A stretch of DNA of 64,000 bases from Laetmonice hystrix (lineage: Eukaryota): assembly GCA_965235115.1 (NCBI GenBank), contig OZ249436.1:21950001-22014000 (forward strand), in the 5' to 3' direction. The notes below the pieces were generated by a model. It worked only from the letters and a program-made list of their open reading frames with translations. It searched no databases and was not told the DNA's origin. Both the position numbers and the translations under genes were made by a program. Below, in pieces: positions 24,636 to 35,900 of this stretch (the first letter of the stretch is position 1; the number at the start of each line of letters is the position of its first letter).

Positions 24636-26222
24636 ATGGCGACAGGCATGGAATTTGATTCGGACGACACGGATTTGGCCCTGGTTATAGACGATAATAT
24701 GGCTTCAACAACTTCTCCTCTACCTGTTGCGAGGAGCAGTCAGGTGGCAGAAACGTCGGGCGTACAATCTGGAGGCATCTCCAAAGAGTTAGCCCATCAT
24801 AGTTTTCAGAGGGATTTGATCTTGTCCTCTGATGAGGACGGATGGTCGGTCCAGAAAAAGAAAACAAAAGGTGGTTGGAAGGTGGGAGGGAAAGTTTTCC
24901 CTACGTCGAAGCCAGATGGCGCGGCACCCCCATCCAAGACCGTTAAATTGAATTCAGGGCGCTCAAAGCCAGTAAAAGTATCGAGAGTAGGGCAAGACCC
25001 TGTCTTCCTGAAAAAACCCTTCTCAATTGAGGAGCAAAAGGTAAGGGCTGAAAGCCTCATTGAGAGAAGTGCGGTTTTTAAGTTTGTTGACCGGGGTAGC
25101 CCCATCTTGCGGGATGATTTTGCGGAGCCCTTGTCGGCACTGATCGATCTGAAGGAAGTTTTGTTTTTGGCCAGTATAGGTCGGGGTGACGAGTGGCACG
25201 TTACCCTGACAAATACTGCAGCGAAGGCAGCCCTCTTAACGAGTGATGGGTTTTGTGTGGGGGGACGTAGGTGCTACGTCAAAGAGGATGACACGCTTAA
25301 GGGTCGAGGAGGGACTTTCTGCTACCCGGTAGTGCGTGTACATTGGAATAGTCCTTCTTTACCTTTGAATGTCGTGCCAGATATCCTGGGGGTCCATGGT
25401 GACATAATATCTGATGTCTTTGAAGAGTCGTCATCATCGCGATTCCCAGGGGTGTTAACTGGGGTCCGCAAACTAGTGTTTAAAATCCCTACTAAAGATA
25501 GGAGAGCCTTTTTGGAGGATCTCCCACATTTGCTTCACCCTGAGTTTGATGGGGTGAAGTTTCGCTTGTTGGTGGTGGTCAACGGCCGGAAACCTTTGTG
25601 TTTGAGGTGCCAAAAGATGGGCCATCAATCCAAAAAATGCCTCGAGACTGAGTTCTGTTCGTTTTGTCGTCTCTATGGCCATAGTACGGGGGTGTGTCCT
25701 AGGAAGGGTTCCTATGCGGCAAAGCTCTTAAGTGTCCCTCAGCAAGAGGCAGATCCTGTCCCGCCGGAAGTACCGGTGGTGGAGGACGAGACGCCGCAAG
25801 GTGCAGCGGAGGGTGGTCAACAGGCTGAGCCTGTTGAGGTCCCACAGGGAGGTGATGGTGGAGAGGAGTCCACTCCTATCGATTTGTCTAGCGAATCCAT
25901 GGGACGGAAGTCTGAGCATCCCGTGCAAAAACATCAGGCCCCTATTAAAGTTTCCGAGGGCGACGTGGAGCCCCCCCAACCCATTGTAGAGGGCGACGTA
26001 CCTCAGAAACTCGAGCCGGCCCCTCAGCGGGCAAGTAGGAGATCGGATAGAGGGAAACGCTCTCATGTTCCCCAGGGAGCCGTAGCGGGAGCCTTGGCAG
26101 GGCTTGCTCCTAGAGAGACCTCAGCTCCGCCAACTCTGAGGGCGAAGCTAGAACCCCATCTTGGGCCCAAGAGTCTTTTGGGGGCAGAAGGGCTTAAAGA
26201 GGGCTCTTTCCAGCCTCCCTGA
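24636..26222 (+). CDS. ORF1, gag-like nucleic-acid-binding protein, 528 aa from first ATG
   Basis: CLRCQKMGHQSKKC and CSFCRLYGHSTGVC (CX2CX4HX4C x2), LTGVRKL motif, basic N-terminal and acidic/Pro-rich C-terminal regions. Confidence 0.92.
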   Translation: MATGMEFDSDDTDLALVIDDNMASTTSPLPVARSSQVAETSGVQSGGISKELAHHSFQRDLILSSDEDGWSVQKKKTKGGWKVGGKVFPTSKPDGAAPPSKTVKLNSGRSKPVKVSRVGQDPVFLKKPFSIEEQKVRAESLIERSAVFKFVDRGSPILRDDFAEPLSALIDLKEVLFLASIGRGDEWHVTLTNTAAKAALLTSDGFCVGGRRCYVKEDDTLKGRGGTFCYPVVRVHWNSPSLPLNVVPDILGVHGDIISDVFEESSSSRFPGVLTGVRKLVFKIPTKDRRAFLEDLPHLLHPEFDGVKFRLLVVVNGRKPLCLRCQKMGHQSKKCLETEFCSFCRLYGHSTGVCPRKGSYAAKLLSVPQQEADPVPPEVPVVEDETPQGAAEGGQQAEPVEVPQGGDGGEESTPIDLSSESMGRKSEHPVQKHQAPIKVSEGDVEPPQPIVEGDVPQKLEPAPQRASRRSDRGKRSHVPQGAVAGALAGLAPRETSAPPTLRAKLEPHLGPKSLLGAEGLKEGSFQPP

Positions 26223-26320
26223 GTTTATCCATTTCTTAGGTCTTATCGCACATTTTAGTTAAAATACCTTTTGAATCAATTATTTGCATTTCCAACGCCT
26301 GACAAATTACAAATTACCTG

Positions 26321-29300
26321 ATGGCGAAGTCGTTCAAAATCACTTCACTGAACTGTAAAGGGTTACAGAATCCTATAAAGTGTGATCTTTTGGGCAGTTA
26401 TCTAGCCACTAGATCTTTTGATGTCCTGTTCCTACAAGAGACACATGTGGGTGGGGCAGAGGATCAGGATCGTGTGGAGTCTGCCTGCGGTGGATCCGGT
26501 GTTTTTAGCTTTGGCCAGTCAGATAGTTCCGGAGTGGCGGTGATTTTTAGACGAGGCCTTGAGTATGACATTAAATCGTCTAGATGCGATGACAGTGGCA
26601 GGGTCACTTCAGTAGTGGCGGAAATAAATGGCCAGGTTTTTAATTTTATCAATATATACGCTCCAAATATTGCTGTCCAGAGGAAAGCTTTTATTTCAGG
26701 CTTGGCTGACTTTGTCATGTTTGAAGGAGCTGTAATTTTGGCTGGAGATTTTAACTTTATAGAGGATGTCTTCATGGATAAGAAAGGTGGGAACCCAAAG
26801 AGAGGTCTGGGGGGCAAAGTGGAAATGGAGGCCCTGGCCGGCAGATTTAATTTATTGGATGTCTTCAGACATAAAAACCCGTCGAGAAAGGAATTCTCCT
26901 TTTCTGGGGCAGGAGTAGCCACCAGGCTTGACCGGTTTTATGTTACCAAGGATTTAGTCGAGAATGTTGAGAATGTTGGGTATGTTCCCTGTTCGTATTC
27001 TGATCATAAGATAGTTGACATGCAGCTATCTTGGAAGAGTATATCTGAGGACTTTCGTCATTCAGGTCTTTGGAAATGTAATGTAACGGTTTTAAAGGAT
27101 ATTGATTTTGTGCGAGACATGGAAATGGAGTGGCAGGTTTTAAGCCAGTCCAAAGTCAAAGATATGGTTTGGTGGGAAGACTGTAAAGTCCGTTTTAAAT
27201 CTTTAATAATTAAACATTCCAAGCGGTTGGCTCGACAACGTAGACAACATGTTTTGCAGCTTGAGAAGTCGATTCTTTTCTTTCAAGCATTGGCTGATGG
27301 GGGCTTGGAGGATTTGGAATGTGTAGTAGATGGTCTTAAACTGGACTTGGAGCATTTGTTAGAAGAAAAACTGAAAGGGGCTAGGATAAGATCTCGTGTT
27401 CAACACGTGGAGAATGACGAAAAGCCTTCCCGTTTTTTCCTGAAGCAGGAGAAAATGAATGGAAGCGCGAAGGTTATTTCCGAACTAGAGGTTGAAGGTC
27501 GAGTCATAACTGATAAAATGGACATAGTGGCAGCTTGTCGTAACTTTTATAAATGTCTGTATACGAAGGAAGACATTGATCGAGAGGTAGCACAGAAATA
27601 CCTGGATCGTCTTCCTCGGTTGGCCTCTGAAGGTAGAGCAGAGTGCGAGGGGTTTTTAAGTAAGGAGGAAGTATTTTCTTCCCTAAAGTCCATGAAGGAT
27701 GGGAAAAGTCCGGGTGAGGACGGCCTCCCCCAGGAATTTTATGTTGGATTTTTTCATCTGTTTGGTGGTGATTTAGTCAATGTTTTTAATCAAGCCTTTC
27801 ACGCAGGCGTCTTAGGCGAGTCCCTTAGGACAGGAGTCATTAGATTGATCTGTAAAGATGTAACAAAAAAAGAGAATTTAGGTTACTGGAGGCCTATTTC
27901 TCTTCTTAACACCGATTATAAACTTATTTCAAAGTCCATTTGTAATAGAATGGTCAAGGTGTTGGATGAAATAGTACATGAAGATCAGACGTGTGCCATT
28001 AAGGGAAGGACTATACATGATAGTTTACACTTAATTCGATCTGTCATTGACTATGCCAATGACCATGATATACCGTGTGGGATTTTGAGTCTAGATCAGG
28101 AAAAGGCCTTTGATAGGGTTTCTCACGAGTTCCTTTTCATGGCTCTACGAAGTTATGGTTTTGGCCCCGATTTGATTAGATGGGTCCGCCTTTTGTATAC
28201 GGACATTAGTTCAAGGGTGTTTGTCAATGGTATACTGTCAAATGAGTTTGAAGTCCAACGTTCGGTGAGACAAGGTTGTGGTCTGTCTCCCCTTTTATAT
28301 GTTTTAGTTATCGAACCACTTGCAGTTATGATGAGAGCTGACTTCCGTATGGAAGGGCTCAAAATCCCTGGCTCACCAAGGACGGTTCAACTTGTGCACT
28401 ATGCCGACGACATGAACCCAGTTGTTACATCGGAGAGAGCAGTGAGAGTCGCTCTGGAAATTGTTAATGAGTTTGGGCGGGCATCTGGGGCCAAGCTTAA
28501 CAGACGCAAGTCAAAAGGCATGTGGGTTGGGAAGTGGAGGCACCGAAAGGGTGTTTTGCATGGTATTGATTTTAGTTGCGAAAGTTTAAAGTGTCTGGGA
28601 GTAGTTTTTGGTAGACACCAAAGTGAGTGGCAAAAATTGAATTGGGAACCGCTGGTCGAGAAATTGGCTAAAGTATTGGAAGGCTGGAAAGTTCGTAAAA
28701 TGACGCTAGCAGGCAGAGCAGTTATTCTGAACACGGTGGCCTTATCCAAATTGTGGCACCGTGGACAAGTCATTCATATGAATGATAAGTACATTAAGAA
28801 GTTCGAGCGTATTATCTACAAGTTTCTTTGGCCTGGTGGGGCGGAGAGGGTCCAACGAAGAGTCATGGTTCTGGATAGAGTCAGGGGAGGTGTTGGCCTC
28901 GTCGACCTTGGCTCGAAGTTGGAATCATTTCGAATTAGCCATATTGGCAAGTTATTGAGAAGCCAGCTAGCCCAGAAATGGTCCGAGTTTGCTGTTTTTT
29001 ATTGTGGTTTTCAGTTGAGGGCAGAAAGGCCCGAGTTTGGGAGTAATTCTAGACCTCATGCTTGGAACATTTCTCTCTTTTACGAAAGGTGTCTTCGGGA
29101 ATGGAAGAAGTTTAATGAAAGTCAGAATGTCTCTTTGCAGAGCCTTACAAGTGGCGACATTTACAAAGTGTTGACCAAGAAATGGGTCATTGTGCCACTG
29201 GTTGCAACCAAGTCTGTGAACATTTTTGTTGATTTTAGTGTTTGTTGGAATGACTGTTGCCACTGGTTCCTCCCGTCGGAAATCAAAGAATTTGCCTGGC

Positions 29301-29788
29301 GGGTAGGGCAACATATACTCCCTGTTAATGACAAACTTCACAGGCATAACAAACGTTTACCTGTAAAGTGTGAACTATGTGGGGCGGGCAGGGAAACTTT
29401 AGATCACATTTTATTGTTGTGTCCAGTTGTACGTCCGGTTGCAAGGGAAGTGGAGGTCTTGATCTCAGAGATCTTGGATGCTCCATTTTTCCTGGACAGA
29501 GAAGTAATTTTATTCAATATTTTACCTCGGATGAGGGATCAGACACGGGGTCTGGTGTTGCTTCTCTTGAATTGTTTTAAGAGGGAGGTCTGGCATCATC
29601 GTAATAGGGTTAAGTTGGGCTTGGCCAGACCTAACCCTGAAAGAGTGTGGTCGGCCCTGATGGCAGGGCTCAAGTGGAGGTTTTCTATTGATGTGTGTCG
29701 CCCTCAAAATACTAAATGGGTAGAAGCATGGGCAGTTGGAAAGGTTTGTGCGGGAAAAGTGGGTGAGGAATTTGTCTTCCTCTTGTAG
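26321..29788 (+). CDS. ORF2 APE-RT, 1155 aa (intact)
   Basis: All APE, RT and CCHC motifs present. Confidence 0.97.
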   Translation: MAKSFKITSLNCKGLQNPIKCDLLGSYLATRSFDVLFLQETHVGGAEDQDRVESACGGSGVFSFGQSDSSGVAVIFRRGLEYDIKSSRCDDSGRVTSVVAEINGQVFNFINIYAPNIAVQRKAFISGLADFVMFEGAVILAGDFNFIEDVFMDKKGGNPKRGLGGKVEMEALAGRFNLLDVFRHKNPSRKEFSFSGAGVATRLDRFYVTKDLVENVENVGYVPCSYSDHKIVDMQLSWKSISEDFRHSGLWKCNVTVLKDIDFVRDMEMEWQVLSQSKVKDMVWWEDCKVRFKSLIIKHSKRLARQRRQHVLQLEKSILFFQALADGGLEDLECVVDGLKLDLEHLLEEKLKGARIRSRVQHVENDEKPSRFFLKQEKMNGSAKVISELEVEGRVITDKMDIVAACRNFYKCLYTKEDIDREVAQKYLDRLPRLASEGRAECEGFLSKEEVFSSLKSMKDGKSPGEDGLPQEFYVGFFHLFGGDLVNVFNQAFHAGVLGESLRTGVIRLICKDVTKKENLGYWRPISLLNTDYKLISKSICNRMVKVLDEIVHEDQTCAIKGRTIHDSLHLIRSVIDYANDHDIPCGILSLDQEKAFDRVSHEFLFMALRSYGFGPDLIRWVRLLYTDISSRVFVNGILSNEFEVQRSVRQGCGLSPLLYVLVIEPLAVMMRADFRMEGLKIPGSPRTVQLVHYADDMNPVVTSERAVRVALEIVNEFGRASGAKLNRRKSKGMWVGKWRHRKGVLHGIDFSCESLKCLGVVFGRHQSEWQKLNWEPLVEKLAKVLEGWKVRKMTLAGRAVILNTVALSKLWHRGQVIHMNDKYIKKFERIIYKFLWPGGAERVQRRVMVLDRVRGGVGLVDLGSKLESFRISHIGKLLRSQLAQKWSEFAVFYCGFQLRAERPEFGSNSRPHAWNISLFYERCLREWKKFNESQNVSLQSLTSGDIYKVLTKKWVIVPLVATKSVNIFVDFSVCWNDCCHWFLPSEIKEFAWRVGQHILPVNDKLHRHNKRLPVKCELCGAGRETLDHILLLCPVVRPVAREVEVLISEILDAPFFLDREVILFNILPRMRDQTRGLVLLLLNCFKREVWHHRNRVKLGLARPNPERVWSALMAGLKWRFSIDVCRPQNTKWVEAWAVGKVCAGKVGEEFVFLL

Positions 29789-30073
29789 AATAGTTCACCC
29801 CCCCTTTTTTTAAAGGATATGGTCGGTGCATATTGAAGGATTGTTGAAATGGTGGAGTATTCCTTGAGTGTGCAGGTTTTAATGTTTGAGTGTTGCCACT
29901 TGGGAGTTTTTAACTAGTCAACTCTAGCCTTTTTTTCAATTTTCCTTTTGTACTTAGTTTGCTCTTTACTATATTGTCTGGCATGTAGACTTTAGGGTCT
30001 GGTGCCAGGGTTATCGTTAAGAGTACGTATTGGTTTTTAGAGTCTTTTATAATGAGAAAAAAAAAAAAAAAAA

Positions 30074-30148
30074 AAAGATTTCCGTGGGGAGGAACATTAC
30101 AATGAGTCTATAGACGAATTTTTGCATCCCTGCTCTAAGAGCGGGGTA
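30074..30148 (+). pseudogene. U5 snRNA 3' half (variant a)
   Basis: Continuation of the gene broken at 24194. Confidence 0.93.
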
Positions 30149-30231
30149 AATGAATAATGAAGAATAGTCTCCTAACGCAAACTGATTCAGACGAAGAATG
30201 TTGTTTATGAATAGGCCTAATTGGGATGGAA

Positions 30232-30822
30232 AATTTTATTCAATATTTTACCTCGGATGAGGGATCAGACACAAGGTCTAGTGTTACTTCTCTTAAATTG
30301 TTTTAAGAGGGAGGTCTGGCATCATCGTAATAGGGTTAAGTTGGGCTTGGCCAGACCTAACCCTGAGAGAGTGTGGTCGGCCCTGATGGCAGGGCTCAAG
30401 TGGAGGTTTTCTATTGATGTGTGTCGCCCTCAAAATACAAAATGGGTAGAAGCATGGGCAGTTGGAAAGGTTTGTGCGGGAAAAGTGGGTGAGGAATTTG
30501 TCTTCCTCTTGTAGAATAGTTCACCCCCCTTTTTTTTAAAGGATATGGTCGGTGCATATTGAAGGATTGTTGAAATGGTTAAGTATTCCTTGAGTGTGCA
30601 GGTTTTAATGTTTGAGTGTTGCCACTTGGGAGTTTTTAACTAGTCAGCTCTAGCCTTTTTCAATCTTCCTTTTGTACTTAGTTTGCTCTTTACTATATTG
30701 TCCGGCATGTAGGCTTTAGGGTCTGGTGCCAGGGTTATCGTTAAGAGTAGTTATTGGTTTTTAGAGTCTTTTATAAATAAAAAAAAATAAAAATAAAAAA
30801 TAAAAAAAAAATAAAAAAAAAA
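30232..30822 (+). mobile_element. 5'-truncated Tx1-like copy E (same 5' junction as copy B)
   Basis: GGGATGGAA-AAT-TTTATTCAAT junction identical to 14757; tail is (A)n interrupted by T. Confidence 0.93.
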
Positions 30823-31280
30823 GATTTCCGTGGGGATTTGGAGAATACGGAGAATTTGGGTTGATTTGGATCGATCAGTTGTTAGCTTTTGGTGGTTTTC
30901 TCCTTTTGGAGTCGTAGGTTGGTCAGTTGCCTTGAAACTACCCTTGGGACCGGGTCATAATAGGTCCTTGGTTTCGTTTCTAGGCTGACCTTTCATACTG
31001 TCCGCGGGACCCGGAATATAATAGGTCCTTTTCTATTTGCATCCGTGGGGACCCGGATTAAAATAGGTCTCTCGTTCGCTTGGGTATCTGGTGGTAGCTT
31101 CCAGCCCAACGTGATAATTCTTTATGTTAATCCGTAGAGGTCCGGAATCAAATAGGCCTCCTTTTCCTTCCCTTCTCTCTTCTTTCACCGTGTAAATGGT
31201 CTTAGTTGCCGTCACGACCGGTGTAAGCCAACCTCTCCCCTTTTCAGTTAATTTTGTTTTCCGCCTGCCACTCCGGTGGC

Positions 31281-32868
31281 ATGGCGACAGGCATGGAATA
31301 TGATTCTGACGACACGGATTTGGCCCTGGTTATAGACGATAATATGGCTTCAACAACTTCTCCTCTACCTGTTGCGAGGAGCAGTCAGGTGGCAGAAACG
31401 TCGGGCGTACAATCTGGAGGCATCTCCAAAGAGTTAGCCCATCATAGTTTTCAGAGGGATTTGATCTTGTCCTCTGATGAGGACGGATGGTCGGTCCAGA
31501 AAAAGAAAACAAAAGGTGGTCGGAAGGTGGGAGGGAAAGTTTTCCCTACGTCGAAGCCAGATGGCGCGGCACCCCCATCCAAGACCGTTAAATTGAATTC
31601 AGGGCGCTCAAAGCCAGTAAAAGTATCGAGAGTAGGGCAAGACCCTGTCTTCCTGAAAAAAACCCTTCTCAATTGAGGAGCAAAGGGTAAGGGCTGAAAG
31701 CCTCATTGAGAGAAGTGCGGTTTTTAAGTTTGTTGACCGGGGTAGCCCCATCTTGCGGGATGATTTTGCGGAGCCCTTGTCGGCACTGATCGATCTGAAG
31801 GAAGTTTTGTTTTTGGCCAGTATAGGTCGGGGTGACGAGTGGCACGTTACCCTGACAAATACTGCAGCGAAGGCAGCCCTCTTAACGAGTGATGGGTTTT
31901 GTGTGGGGGGACGTAGGTGCTACGTCAAAGAGGATGACACGCTTAAGGGTCGAGGAGGGACTTTCTGCTACCCGGTAGTGCGTGTACATTGGAATAGTCC
32001 TTCTTTACCTTTGAATGTCGTGCCAGATATCCTGGGGGTCCATGGTGACATAATATCTGATGTCTTTGAAGAGTCGTCATCATCGCGATTCCCAGGGGTG
32101 TTAACTGGGGTCCGCAAACTAGTGTTTAAAATCCCTACTAAAGATAGGAGAGCCTTTTTGGAGGATCTCCCACATTTGCTTCACCCTGAGTTTGATGGGG
32201 TGAAGTTTCGTTTGTTGGTGGTGGTCAACGGCCGGAAACCTTTGTGTTTGAGGTGCCAGAAGATGGGCCATCAATCCAAAAAATGCCTCGAGACTGAGTA
32301 CTGTTCGTTTTGTCGTCTCTATGGCCATAGTACGGGGGTGTGTCCTAGGAAGGGTTCCTATGCGGCAAAGCTCTTAAGTGTCCCTCAGCAAGAGGCAGAT
32401 CCTGTCCCGCCGGAAGTACCGGTGGTGGAGGACGAGACGCCGCAAGATGCAGCGGAGGGTGGTCAACAGGCTAAGCCTGTTGAGGTCCCACAGGGAGGTG
32501 ATGGTGGAGAGGAGTCCACTCCTATCGATTTGTCTAGCGAATCCATGGGACGGAAGTCTGAGCATCCCGTGCAAAAACATCAGGCCCCTATTAAAGTTTC
32601 CGAGGGCGACGTGGAACCCCCCCAACCCATTGTAGAGGGCGACGTACCTCAGAAACTCGAGCCGGCCCCTCAGCGGGCAAGTAGGAGATCGGATAGAGGG
32701 AAACGCTCTCATGTTCCCCAGGGAGCCGTAGCGGGAGCCTTGGCAGGGCTTGCTCCTAGAGAGACCTCAGCTCCGCCAACTCTGAGGGCGAAGCTAGAAC
32801 CCCATCTTGGGCCCAAGAGTCTTTTGGGGGCAGAAGGGCTTAAAGAGGGCTCTTTCCAGCCTCCCTGA
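31281..32868 (+). pseudogene. ORF1 with +1 frameshift in the A-run near 31660
   Basis: Split into the 31254-31676 and 31753-32868 ORFs; same run that is shifted in copy C. Confidence 0.88.
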
Positions 32869-32966
32869 GTTTATCCATTTCTTAGGTCTTATCGCACATT
32901 TTAGTTAAAATACCTTTTGAATCAATTATTTGCATTTCCAACGCCTGACAAATTACAAATTACCTG

Positions 32967-35900
32967 ATGGCGAAGTCGTTCAAAATCACTTCACTGAACT
33001 GTAAAGGGTTACAGAATCCTATAAAGTGTGATCTTTTGGGCAGTTATCTGGCCACTAGATCTTTTGATGTCCTGTTCCTACAAGAGACACATGTGGGTGG
33101 GGCAGAGGATCAGGATCGTGTGGAGTCTGCCTGCGGTGGATCCGGTGTTTTTAGCTTTGGCCAGTCAGATAGTTCCGGAGTGGCGGTGATTTTTAGACGA
33201 GGCCTTGAGTATGACATTAAATCGTCTAGATGCGATGACAGTGGCAGGGTCACTTCAGTAGTGGCGGAAATAAATGGCCAGGTTTTTAATTTTATCAATA
33301 TATACGCTCCAAATATTGCTGTCCAGAGGAAAGCTTTTATTTCAGGCTTGGCTGACTTTGTCATGTTTGAAAGAGCTGTAATTTTGGCTGGAGATTTTAA
33401 CTTTATAGAGGATGTCTTCATGGATAAGAAAGGTGGGCACCCAAAGAGAGGTCTGGGGGGCAAAGTGGAAATGGAGGCCCTGGCCGGCAGATTTAATTTA
33501 TTGGATGTCTTCAGACATAAAAACCCGTCGAGAAAGGAATTCTCCTTTTCTGGGGCAGGAGTAGCCACCAGGCTTGACCGGTTTTATGTTACCAAGGATT
33601 TAGTCGAGAATGTTGAGAATGTTGGGTATGTTCCCTGTTCGTATTCTGATCATAAGATAGTTGACATGCAGCTATCTTGGAAGAGTATATCTGAGGACTT
33701 TCGTCATTCAGGTCTTTGGAAATGTAACGTAACGGTTTTAAAGGATATTGATTTTGTGCGAGACATGGAAATGGAGTGGCAGGTTTTAAGCCAGTCCAAA
33801 GTCAAAGATATGGTTTGGGAAGACTGTAAAGTCCGTTTTAAATCTTTAATAATTAAACATTCCAAGCGGTTGGCTCGACAACGTAGACAACATGTTTTGC
33901 AGCTTGAGAAGTCGATTCTTTTCTTTCAAGCATTGGCTGATGGGGGCTTGGAGGATTTGGAAGGTGTAGTAGATGGTCTTAAACTGGACTTGGAGCATTT
34001 GTTAGAAGAAAAACTGAAAGGGGCTAGGATAAGATCTCGTGTCCAACACGTGGAGAATGACGAAAAGCCTTCCCGTTTTTTCCTGAAGCAGGAGAAAATG
34101 AATGGAAGCGCGAAGGTTATTTCCGAACTAGAGGTTGAAGGTCGAGTCATAACTGATAAAATGGACATAGTGGCAGCTTGTCGTAACTTTTATAAATGTC
34201 TGTATACGAAGGAAGACATTGATCGAGAGGTAGCACAGAAATACCTGGATTGTCTTCCTCGGTTGGCCTCTGAAGGTAGAGCAGAGTGCGAGGGGTTTTT
34301 AAGTAAGGAGGAAGTATTTTCTTCCCTAAAGTCCATGAAGGATGGGAAAAGTCCGGGTGAGGACGGCCTCCCCCAGGAATTTTATGTTGGATTTTTTCAT
34401 CTGTTTGGTGGTGATTTAGTCAATGTTTTTAATCAAGCCTTTCACGCAGGCGTCTTAGGCGAGTCCCTTAGGACAGGAGTCATTAGATTGATCTGTAAAG
34501 ATGTAACAAAAAAAGAGAATTTAGGTTACTGGAGGCCTATTTCTCTTCTTAACACCGATTATAAACTTATTTCAAAGTCCATTTGTAATAGAATGGTCAA
34601 GGTGTTGGATGAAATAGTACATGAAGATCAGACGTGTGCCATTAAGGGAAGGACTATACATGATAGTTTACACTTAATTCGATCTGTCATTGACTATGCC
34701 AATGACCATGATATACCGTGTGGGATTTTGAGTCTAGATCAGGAAAAGGCCTTTGATAGGGTTTCTCACGAGTTCCTTTTCATGGCTCTACGAAGTTATG
34801 GTTTTGGCCCCGATTTGATTAGATGGGTCCGCCTTTTGTATACGGACATTAGTTCAAGGGTGTTTGTCAATGGTATACTGTCAAATGAGTTTGAAGTCCA
34901 ACGTTCGGTGAGACAAGGTTGTGGTCTGTCTCCCCTTTTATATGTTTTAGTTATCGAACCACTTGCAGTCATGATGAGAGCTGACTTCCGTATGGAAGGG
35001 CTCAAAATCCCTGGCTCACCAAGGACGGTTCAACTTGTGCACTATGCCGACGACATGAACCCAGTTGTTACATCGGAGAGAGCAGTGAGAGTCGCTCTGG
35101 AAATTGTTAATGAGTTTGGGCGGGCATCTGGGGCCAAGCTTAACAGACGCAAGTCAAAAGGCATGTGGGTTGGGAAGTGGAGGCACCGAAAGGGTGTTTT
35201 GCATGGTATTGATTTTAGTTGCGAAAGTTTAAAGTGTCTGGGAGTAGTTTTTGGTAGACACCAAAGTGAGTGGCAAAAATTGAATTGGGAACCGCTGGTC
35301 GAGAAATTGGCTAAAGTATTGGAAGGCTGGAAAGTTCGTAAAATGACGCTAGCAGGCAGAGCAGTTATTCTGAACACGGTGGCCTTATCCAAATTGTGGC
35401 ACCGTGGACAAGTCATTCACATGAACGACAAGTATATTAAGAAGTTCGAACGTATAATTTTTAAGTTTCTTTGGCCAGGCCAGGAGAGGGTCCAACGGAG
35501 AGTCATGGTTCTGGATAGAGTAAGAGGAGGTGTTGGTCTGGTAGACCTCGGCTCGAAGTTGGAAGCCTTCCGAATTAACCACATTGGCAAGTTATTGAGG
35601 AGCCAACTAATCCAGAAATGGTCCGAGTTTGCTGTTTTTTATTGTGGCTTTCAGTTGAGAACAGAAAGACCAGAGTTTGGGGTTAATTCTAGACCCCATG
35701 CTTGGAACATTTCCCCATTTTACGAAAGGTGTCTTAGGGAATGGAAGAATTTTAAAGGAAATCGGAATGTTTCTTTGGAGAGCCTTACAAGTGGTAACAT
35801 TTATAAAGAGTTGACTAAGAAATGGGTCATTGTGCCACTGGTTGCAACCAAGTCTGTGAACATTTTTGTTGATTTTAGTGTTTGTTGGAATAACTGTTGC

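Larger units (their letters stand above)
24195..30076 (+). mobile_element. Full-length, fully intact Tx1-like copy D, TSD ~15-17 bp AAAGATTTCCGTGGG(GA)
   Basis: Both ORFs uninterrupted; splits a variant-a U5 gene with matching variant-a flanks on both sides. Confidence 0.97.
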
